A stretch of DNA of 64,000 nucleotides. Source: Lingula anatina. Lineage: Eukaryota > Animalia > Brachiopoda. Location of the stretch: assembly GCA_051362555.1 (NCBI GenBank), contig CM120642.1:32612001-32676000 (forward strand). Direction: 5' to 3'. Position 1 is the stretch's first letter. Every line of letters starts with the position of its first letter. Of this stretch, positions 54,701 through 64,000 are shown in pieces. Below the pieces are notes generated by a model. That model made no database searches and was not told the origin of the DNA. It saw only the letters and a list, made by a program, of their open reading frames with translations. The translations under genes were made by a program, and so were the position numbers.

Positions 54701-56156
54701 GTTAAGCCAAATTGTTGAGTCTTGTAATAAACTTGTTATGGGATCGTATACATGGGATTGTGAAGTTTTTTTTTCTGTGACAAGCTTGAAAAGCTTAACG
54801 TGTTGTTCAGCAGCTCCACGCGTTTAGGAGTTCCACACCTATAGCAACTCCATATGTTTAGCAGCCTCACGCGCTTAGCAGGGGAAGTGCTTAGCCAATG
54901 TGCTTAGGTTGTGAACGACTTGTTATAGAATCATATGCTGGTGAAGCTAAACACATAGCTTTAGACGTGTAACACTGCCAACGTGTCTTGCTTTTTCTTC
55001 TGTGAAACGCTTGAAAAGCTATACGTGCTTAGCTTTTACACATATTTCTAAATGCGTATAGGTGCCTAACGTGTGTTGTATGTATTTAAATGCTAAGCAC
55101 TGTTTTTACAGTGTATGTTCAAATTTCTCAGCTCTGCACCAAGGGTGCGCCTGACCCAAACTATTAGACATATATATTTATATAAAGATGGAATTATACC
55201 ATGTACTTGTATGAAAGCGACTGTCCTTGCAAAATATTAAAATAAGATTTTCGTTTTTTATACTCCAAGGAAACATGGGGACGTGAATGACCCAGTGCAT
55301 CTGAGGAATTTATTTGACTTCATGAGACAATTACCGATAATCCTGATGGTTATTTTGGTAAAATACACGGATGAAAATATTCCAAAAGTAGTGAAACTCC
55401 CATAATTCCAGGGAAGCATTCCAGTTAAAGGTATCCTATTCATGTGGCGACACCTAATTCATCGAGAAAAGAGTATTTTTCTTACTCACGTGTAGTTGCT
55501 CGACCTGTCTCTTCACTGAGATTTGATGTTTTACACCATTTCACATTACATTATTCCTCTCTAAAAGTCTGGTTACATGTAGACCGCAGTGTCTTACTTT
55601 ACATTTAAGAAAAATATATCGACAGCGAGTATTTATATTTGAGGGGTTTCACCATGTCCATGCTCTGAACTGAGACAGAGAAGTAGCTCTGCAGATACAT
55701 AGCTTTGTATGAAATGTAAAAATATGGATTTGGGGCATTTTCAAAAGCGTTTAGTGTACCTATAAGTTATAGATTATTTACCTTGCAATACGTGAAATAC
55801 GGAAAAAATTGCAGCTTACCTAAGGCCGCATCCAGATGCTCCCAGTCTTCATCCGCTACAGGTACTGTGCCAGCGTCATCGTATTTTGTTCTATCATTAA
55901 TCTCACACGTTTTACTACTGCCATGGTAGTTGACAGATGTACAGGTCGCTGTGCCGAGATGAAGACAGAGAACGGTGCAATGCGCTTTGTCGCGCACGCT
56001 GTACGTCGTTGGTTGTGCGCCGCTGAAAACTCCATTTGAAAGTCTTGATCCGCTCGAGCTTTGAAAATATCCCCAATGGTATGAAATTCCACAAGTGAGA
56101 TGAAATACAAAGCATAAACAAAAGACAATTCCGTACATTTGTATGAGTGCTTCCAT
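39656..56156 (-). CDS. Mosaic secreted lectin-like protein, copy 3 (closest paralogue of copy 2), 17 exons
   Basis: Exons: 56156-55820, 51571-51257, 50565-50263, 50070-49942, 49363-49196, 48562-48363, 45161-45060, 44581-44440, 44189-43932, 43512-43325, 42781-42613, 42411-42334, 41983-41816, 41499-41284, 41068-40778 (WSC-like), 40280-40065, 39810-39656. Every exon has the same length as its copy-2 counterpart. Confidence 0.85.
42835..42980. mobile_element. 146-bp Harbinger-like MITE specific to copy 3
   Basis: Termini GGCCCCATTCAGAATAGGGGA / TCCCCTAATCTGAATGGAGCC, flanked by TAG and TAA. The empty site is visible in copy 2 at ~29697-29703. Confidence 0.75.
45327..48117 (+). mobile_element. 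5'-truncated L2/CR1-clade LINE (ORF2 C-terminus, 3' UTR, (ATT)n tail), split by a DNA transposon
   Basis: Reads [17 protein letters not shown]...[12 protein letters not shown]...[14 protein letters not shown]...[12 protein letters not shown]. The frame resumes at 47806 as [17 protein letters not shown] and ends AATAAATTATTATTATTATTATTAC. Absent from the equivalent copy-2 intron. Confidence 0.9.
45783..47803. mobile_element. Non-autonomous CACTG-ended (EnSpm/CMC-like) DNA transposon nested in the LINE
   Basis: TIR CACTGTAAAAACAGTG(C/T)TTAGC with a TA duplication. No transposase ORF seen. Confidence 0.88.
48709..48758. repeat. (TA)n microsatellite
   Basis: Pure TA run; only a few units at the homologous copy-2 site (~32610). 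Confidence 0.95.
53656..55113. mobile_element. Second, shorter copy of the same CACTG-ended element in opposite orientation
   Basis: Same TIRs; the interior is the reverse complement of 45783-47803 with deletions. The empty site AAA-TA-TGTTC in copy 2 (~37310-37319) confirms the TA duplication. Confidence 0.9.
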
Positions 56157-56803
56157 TTCACCCTGTTTTTATTCTACAATGAGGTTTTCACTGGCATGCC
56201 GTGGCAGTGGTCGACCACATATTTTCCGCATGTGTCAAGCACAGCACAATGTTCACCATTCAAGGACCATGTTATGTAATACACCCCGATCTTCAGTGTA
56301 TGAAGAACAATACAGAGGAATCAATACATTCACCAACCGCATCCAGCGATAATCGATTTCAATTATAATTAATATGTTGGACGACGTTTATAAATTAGTA
56401 AATTTGCACGCTTTTCTGCCAGCAGTATTATAACTTACGTATGCACTCCAATGGTGTTTTAAGTAATGTGTTTGACCATACTCCGTGTAAAAGTATGGAA
56501 ATAACACACTTTCGAAAACTCGCTAATATATTATTTTTGCAGAGGCTAGTATGTCCACGTAACAGACACAAAGTCATAAAATTGATTAAGAATATTCCAT
56601 GCGGGATGTTTATCCAAAGATCTTTTTCTGTCAAAATTAAAATTTGCCAGGAAGTGTAGCCACTATTTTGACAAATGAATTAAATCGATTAGCAACCAAT
56701 TGTTAAAGGGTGATTGAAACACCCAGCTTCTTATCAACCGCGTATTGTAATCAGGCATGGTAGAAATCGATTAAGTAGATGATATTTCAATGATCTCATC
56801 AGG

Positions 56804-58069
56804 TATTGTTTACACATTGATCTCCCATAATTACAGTGTGTGTGACAACATCCCTGTTTTAACTGAAGAACGGAAGTAAACGGCACTGCAGTTTGCGGTT
56901 TGCTATGACATTTTCATGAGGGTTGAGTATTGTATATTGTTTACTCTCACTGTTCCCCTTTTAATCGATTTGTTACCTAAGTGTTTCTGCTTCATTATTA
57001 AATTCGCCCTACAATTTGAAGTCAACGGCTACGTTTGACATTGATCATTCGCGCAGGTTTTAAGAAGCAAAATTTAAACTAAACTAAAATAAAATAATCA
57101 GCGCTCTCTCTCTCTCTCCAAACCTCTCTTCAAACCTAGCATATGGCTATGAAGTACTTAATTTTTTATCTTCAATACCGCGACCTCGGTGAAAGACTAA
57201 GAGCGCATTCAGGACAGCAGACTAACAGATCCGCGGATCAAGTATGGCCGACCCACTTCAATGCTTGTTGCGTAATCCCCGCGAGGAATATATTCAGTGT
57301 CTAATCGGGAGTGCAACTATATATTGCATTGAATTGTTTATAAATGACTACAAATTGAAAAAAGAGTTTGGCTATTGAAAACAAGACATAATACAAAACA
57401 ACTCCACGTCACCCAATTTAATAGAATATAATAATTATATATATATATATTTTAAATTGGGTGACGTGGAGTTGTTTTGTATTATGTCTTGTTTTCAATA
57501 GCCAAACTCTTTTTTCAATTTGTAGTCATTTATAAACAATTCAATGCAATATATAGTTGCACTCCCGATTAGACACTGAATATATTCCTCGCGGGGATTA
57601 CGCAACAAGCATTGAAGTGGGTCGGCCATACTTGATCCGCGGATCTGTTAGTCTGCTGTCCTGAATGCGCTCTTAGTCTTTCACCGAGGTCGCGGTATTG
57701 AAGATAAAAAATTAAGTACTTCATAGCCATATGCTAGGTTTGAAGAGAGGTTTGGAGAGAGAGAGAGAGCGCTGATTATTTTATTTTATTTTAGTTTAAA
57801 TTTTGCTTCTTAAAACCTGCGCGAATGATCAATGTCAAACGTAGCCGTTGACTTCAAATTGTAGGGCGAATTTAATAATGAAGCAGAAACACTTAGGTAA
57901 CAAATCGATTAAAAGGGGAACAGTGAGAGTAAACAATATACAATACTCAACCCTCATGAAAATGTCATAGCAAACCGCAAACTGCAGTGCCGTTTACTTC
58001 CGTTCTTCAGTTAAAACAGGGATGTTGTCACACACACTGTAATTATGGGAGATCAATGTGTAAACAATA
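56804..58069. repeat. Long inverted repeat: 618-bp arms (56804-57421, 57452-58069) with a 30-nt AT-rich spacer
   Basis: The arms read as reverse complements wherever compared, including equal (CT)n/(AG)n length. (TA)n runs lie in the spacer and at the right boundary. Confidence 0.95.
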
Positions 58070-58980
58070 TATATATATATATGCTACAATAAAAGTTTGC
58101 TCTATAAAATTAATACACATCGAAAAGAATAGCATAATTGTCCGCGACAGCGCCGTTGGACCCGGTGGTAATACAATATGTATAAAGGGAAACAGCATTG
58201 TAGGAATTATTCTTCTTAATTTAAATCAAGATAAACATATAAGTTAAAGATATATGACGTATACATTTTCCCCATACCCAAAATATTTAAAAAATGAAAA
58301 AGATACCTACATGTACATTACATACATTCTGAATCAGATTGTAAAGAAGCGTCCCGCGTTCATGCATGTTAGGTTAAACGTTATATTTAAGTCAGCCTTT
58401 TTTAATAACATCAAACCTTAGTGCAAAATTGACAGGACCTTTCTAAATACTGGGCCAAAATTAAGAATAGACGATGAGATAAATAAGAATATATTAAATG
58501 AAATACATGATATTTTTTTCACCATACTACAGCATTTACCTTGCTTGAATTGACCGCATTCTGTCCAAGTCGGGCTAAACATGGCAAATTGGAATACGCT
58601 CCTCACATCATCTTTCTATGTCAAAAATATTGTTGAACAGGAAAATTCTTTACAGTCATTCACTTTATCTGTAAGTTCACAGAAAAGCGTTTAAGAAATC
58701 AACAAAAGATATTGTTTGGAATGAAACAGGGTTTGTTCATTTTGATAATTATCCACCTCAAATTCTGTCAATTTTTCGACGAAATCCTAGATCTGAGAGC
58801 GAATGTCTAATCTTGGGAACTATATGTCCAAATTGATATTCCAAAAAACAAGAACACACATAAAAAGCAAGTTATTATGTTTGTCGCGCTCTTTCGCCAT
58901 GTGTCTTTCCTCTTTCTTGATGTTTTTTATTCTTTTTAGAACGAAATGTACAGTATCACCTCGAGTGGTCAGCAAGGCGT

Positions 58981-61900
58981 TTACCCGCGGCACGTGAGGG
59001 GCCCAACAGTATGGTATCCTTCTTCTCCGCCTCCAGTGTCTCCAAATTTAATCATGGATATCGGCAGATAACTTGACTCCGTAATGTATCCTTCGTCTGA
59101 CCGCCAAACGTTGTCATTTTGGTCGCAGTTGCATCCTGCAGAGAAAAATAATATGGTGTTTCTGGAATTACTTCACCTCACACACACACACACACACACA
59201 CACTCACAGACCGTGACATTTACCTGTATATCATAGACATTCTGAATCCAATGTGTACATTTTGACGCATCATTTTAAGTGATGTTTCCAATAAATCCTT
59301 GCTTAAACAGACGCCCCCTTTGTCTTTAAACATCTCCTACTAGTACTAGTAGTAGCTAAAATTGTTTTAAAATTATTGCCTCCTACGCATGATGACAAAA
59401 TGTTTTTTCTAAGAGCCTTAATAATATACGTTATTTGTAAAAAATATTCAAGATTTATACCAAGCATAGAAGAACCATGATATAACACCCCTTTGTACTG
59501 CGTCCTTTTGCGTGTAAGAGTGAGAGAGATTAGAATATTTCAAACGATTAACTATAAGCCTATAAACAGATAATTCATATGACTTTGTATGCCAATTTTC
59601 AAAACCTATTATGACCTCGTATAATAACAATCGAAAGTTGAATACGTATATTCACAAATAGGGCAAATAACTTAACATACTATTAGAAGAGACTGAACAG
59701 GATCCATCTTGTGCGCATGCGCAGTTGATAGAGGTACCGTCTGGATCTCCTCCGCCCCAAAATGGCGCCCTCTGTCCATGTCGATCGTACCAGCCACCGT
59801 AGCCGTTAATGAGCGAATGGTAGCATTCGTATTTTATGTACTGTGTGCATTCAGATCCAACGTAATCTACGTATGCCGCCACTTGGTCAACACTCGCTGT
59901 AAGTAAGGAAATATATTAGAACCTTGCTGAAATTTAGCATTTGATTTCCATTATTCTGTTGATAAAAAAGCAAAGGTACAGGGTAAGTACCCCTAGATCA
60001 AAATCTAAAACAGGAAATCAAAATTATAAAAAGAATATTTTATCTATTCCGTGTATTGTTCTGAAGGAACAAACTTCAGTTTTGAATGTCCCGCGCAATT
60101 CAAAATATCAATTCGACCACTTTCTCATATACATAACTGCTCACATACATATGTACAAACCTTCATAAATTTTGTACACTTCGCTGGCCAAGCTCCCTCC
60201 TTCTCCGTCGCTGTTACAGGCACTTGAAGGTCCGTATTTATCATAGGTGTCACCAGCAGTAGCAGCAGAAGCGCACCAGCCGCCATGTTGGAGAGCAAAA
60301 TATGTGTAGCCGCGAGACTTGGCCGCTAGGTAACATTTGTAGATTGGGTTGGTTCGTGTAGTGTAATCGCCATCCAGGTTAGAGTCCACACCTTCCAGAG
60401 TGGCAATAGCTCTCGTACTAGTATCTGTCCAGCAACCAATGCTATGGTAGTCTATAAAGGAATTAAAAGCTCATGAAACTCTCTCCCTTTCGTGCATTGT
60501 ATGTAGGCCTATACCACGAATTACATGCTTGATGTTGCATTTTCTTTGTGGAAACGTTTCTGACTGATGCAGTGGGGATGACACAAAACCCTATCATCCA
60601 CTGACATTTGTGTAAATGCCTTAAACCGAATATACTTGTATAAATGAGATTTGACTTGTGGTACACACAACTAGACTGCGTTAATTACTCACGTTTGTAC
60701 GCCAACGATTTCGAGTAAGAATAAGCACCATCAAAGCCATTGACATGCGTCCTGTCTTCATAATCATGGTGGAAAGTCACAGTGGGTGGTGTAGTTGACA
60801 TATCACAGTACACCTCGAAAGCAGCTACACCTCCACCGCCATCTGGGTCAACCCAATAGACGCCGCTAGTGCTGTTGAACCGTTTCCATTCCGTGCAAGA
60901 CGGCAAGGCTAAATAAAAATAATCATACTTCATTCAGCTTATAATGGTACATGTGAACATACCGTATAGAAAAGAAGCAATTGGACGGTTTGAAATCATT
61001 AATTGCAGCAGAAACAAGCCGTGCATGTGGCTCGCAATAACTCTTAGTCGTATTCATGAGAAATAATACTGATACAAACCAAAAATATACTGTATAATCA
61101 AATGTGGAAATATTGTGATACCTCACGAAAGAAAACTAAACGTAGCATTATCATATTTTATCTGCATATTTTAAAATTCCATTGTTTTAGATGTCCTGTC
61201 TAAGCTCACCATAAACAATTTTGTCTTTGTCCATTTAGCCTATAATATAGTTGATTTTATAAAAAGCAATAAGAATATTAGAATTGGGGGGTTAAAGAAA
61301 TGAGAAAAGGCAGACAGTGTATATCCCATATTTTTTAAAAATCCGTTGAAAAAATATTAAAAGACAATAGTTAATAGCTAAACTATTTGGTCATGACTTA
61401 CCTGGTTCACACTCTAATGGACCAACAGTGTAATAGGCAGATTCTCCGGCGTCTCCAGTGTCACCAGAGAGGAATTTCTTTATAGGTAGTAAGGACTTGT
61501 CAGTAAAATACCCCTCATCTATTCTCCACACGTTGTCGTTTTTGTTACAGTTGCAATCACTTCTGCCATCTGTCGGAAAAAATAGTTTGGATTACGTTCT
61601 GAGTATGTATATACTGTAACTCATGGATTCAAGAAAAAGCGGCGATCATAATGCTGATACATTATTTCCAAAACCAAAAGCAGAATATGCAAAATATTTA
61701 GATTTTAGTTTTATTCTTAACTCTATATTGCGAAAGTCGGTTTAATAAACATTATAATACAAGAGGGCCGCTCATATATGTAACCACTTTCTCGATGTTT
61801 ATTTTGCATATACATATACAGATTTGCATATACAGATTTATACATAAGCCCAAGGCAAATGCCGTGCAAAACTGAAATATTTAACGATGTACATATGTAT

Positions 61901-62492
61901 AGCCCTTACTTTCTTTATATTAAATTCCCTGCATATTTTTTCGCTAAAAAAGTCATTAACATTTAAAAGTGTTAAACAATACAAGAAAATATCCATATTT
62001 TATATAGGAATACCCTTTCACATCGCTTCCCAGCAAACACATAACGTTATTATAGCGTTACCATAACGTTTACATTACCAAAAACGTTATGGTCAAGTTA
62101 AGTAACGTTTTAAAACTTTCTGTGTTTGCCGGGTTGTTAGGAAAACAAACCCAGGATTCTGCGTGAGAGGTGATTCCAAGAAATAAAAACGAGACAACAA
62201 GGAGTGATGAACTTACCAACACAGGTTCCAGCAATTCCACATGCACATTTATTGACGCTGTTACCGCCGGCCCAATAAGCAATTGCCGTGCCACCTATAG
62301 GAATGAAAACATACAGTGAGAAAGGGACATGCTGAGATGCTGCCATTGTAAAAAAGCAGTAAGCTGTACAAATTCTACTTTGTACTCAAAATAAATCTAT
62401 TTGTGAATGTTTGTAGCCTTCGTCCATTCGTCTTTCCTTCACCCCATGGCCTTTCTTTATTTCTCTCTCACTCGCTCACTCACTCACTCCTT

Positions 62493-62553
<61 letters not shown>

Positions 62554-62554
62554 A

Positions 62555-62599
<45 letters not shown>

Positions 62600-63914
62600 T
62601 CTGCGTGCTTACTTCTGTCCTGAACCTTGTTGCAGGAACCTCCCAGACCGGACGCTCCGTTACAACGGAACTTGGCATACTGGGAGCAGGTGGCCATTGT
62701 GTCTACAAACGGCGCCATTTGGTTGGCAACATCTATGCCGTAATAAGTCAGGTCTTGGCTCCAGCTTCCACAGGCTTCGTAGCCCTATAGCAAAATAAAT
62801 CACTTGAAACATGGTCGACCCAGTACTCAAAGGCTAAAGGATTACTGGTATTTGCATGTAGGTGAGAATCTTGTCTTGAAAGCGTCATAGTCCAGATCGT
62901 AACAATATTGACCATGGAAATGGGTCGCTTTTTTAATAAAGCAAGTGAAAATAGAAAGGGTGAAACATTTACATGTGTTATTTGTTTTATCATGCTTCCT
63001 GTTGGACCAAAATACTTACTGAGATCTGACTGGACTCGGTGTTATCTCTACTGTGGTGTATAATTGTCTTCCCAGGGGGCGATGTAGTCATGTCACACTC
63101 CACCATGAAAGGCCCAACACCATAGTTGGCTCCGTCAGGGTCGATTTCAAAGTACCCGCTGTACCGAAATCCATACTTGTAGTATTCGTAGCAGGAGCTC
63201 AAAATGGCTGGAAAATCGTAACTCGTAGGTTTCATATATTTTGTAATGACACACATATATATATCCTATGTAAGTCAATTCTTATGATGACTGCATTTTC
63301 CTTATATATATCATCTAAAATTCTAAAACATATTGAAAATCGGGTTTCATAAATTAAAACATTCGTTAAAAGGAAAATGCAGTCATCATAAGAATTGACT
63401 TACCTAGGAGGTTGCAAGAGGCGTATAGGATAATATTTTACGGGGATTATTTGACGGGGTCCGCGGATGCAAAGCCAACCCCCCGCCCCCGGGGGTTGGG
63501 TCAGGAACCCCCTGACACCCTTCCCCTCTAAATCCGCTGCTGACCTTGAGTCTAACAGTTCAAAGGGGAATATTTTCATAACATATCAATATCTTGAAAA
63601 GATATTAAGCAAATAAAGATGGATGTCAAACCTTTCCATCATACACATGTACTTACATACACATTTGTGAGTTATCCACAAGTATTTTTCTTGCCCCCCG
63701 CACGGATCACCAAATACTCCATTACTTGAACTGACTGTACAGCTAGTGCGCTGCTGACACAGGTTCTTGACGGCTTTTATAGTAGCTCTCTGATCTGCCC
63801 TGCAACCAATACTCTCCAGTCCGTAGAACGCATCCAGAATGTCTATCCAGGTCCCAGTAGGACAGGACAGAGAGACGGAACTACCCTCATTTATCTGGCT
63901 GGTATTTGTATACC
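58981..63914 (-). CDS. Mosaic secreted lectin-like protein, copy 4, 3' nine exons (5' part beyond the window end)
   Basis: Exons: 63914-63657 SUEL; 63207-63020, 62784-62613, 62294-62217, 61569-61402 fib-like 2; 60908-60693; 60451-60161 WSC-like; 59896-59681; 59135-58981 (GPLTCRG*). GT-AG, phases as in copies 2 and 3. Confidence 0.85.
62029..62133. mobile_element. 105-bp MITE with CCC(A/G)GCAAACACA TIRs
   Basis: 13-bp TIR with 1 mismatch, TT on both flanks and internal AACGTT repeats; resembles CMC/EnSpm-type non-autonomous elements. Confidence 0.65.
62496..62597. repeat. Compound (CT)n(CA)n microsatellite
   Basis: Read directly; shorter (CT)n tracts occur in the same intron of copy 2 (~29455) and copy 3 (~42567). 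Confidence 0.95.
63264..63409. repeat. Hairpin / MITE-like element with ~40-bp inverted arms
   Basis: TCCTATGTAAGTCAATTCTTATGATGACTGCATTTTCCTT pairs with AAGGAAAATGCAGTCATCATAAGAATTGACTTACCTAGGA (1 mismatch). Confidence 0.75.
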
Positions 63915-64000
63915 CTGAATAATAAAAACTTGATTATTTTTGAATTAGCATTAACATTAAAATACAGCAGAGCATAAAGAGTTAAATCACTTTACATGTT

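Noticed and set aside
62403-62798. ORFs with SLSLSL/HTHTHT runs, and the IYIYIY ORFs at 37335 and 48636
   Set aside because: These are translations of microsatellites and antisense overlaps of real exons.
9648-63914. Calling the array genes CNTNAP2/Neurexin IV orthologues
   Set aside because: They share only the fibrinogen-like and F5/8C domain types. No LamG, EGF, transmembrane or cytoplasmic exons were seen, and the domain order differs.

Overview
AT-rich, intron-containing animal DNA, probably a marine invertebrate (inferred from the domain repertoire; the species cannot be determined). The + strand carries the last three exons of a CYP2-clan-like cytochrome P450, a 2-exon secreted coiled-coil plus Link-domain gene, and a 4-exon folate-receptor-family gene. 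From ~9.6 kb to the window end, the - strand holds a tandem array of at least four paralogues (three complete, one cut off by the window). They encode ~1050-1150 aa secreted mosaic proteins: signal peptide, PAN/apple, FN3, CASPR-type fibrinogen-like, F5/8C discoidin, SUEL lectin, then two more CASPR-type fibrinogen-like domains. In copies 2-4 a 291-nt phase-1/1 exon encoding a WSC-like module sits inside the last fibrinogen-like domain. It is absent from copy 1 and varies in clustered patches. The array also shows apparent conversion tracts, dead partial exon duplicates, a mappable duplication breakpoint, nested transposons and a 618-bp-arm palindrome. Exon models were read by eye from GT/AG sites and phases; domain names come from motif recognition, not database searches.
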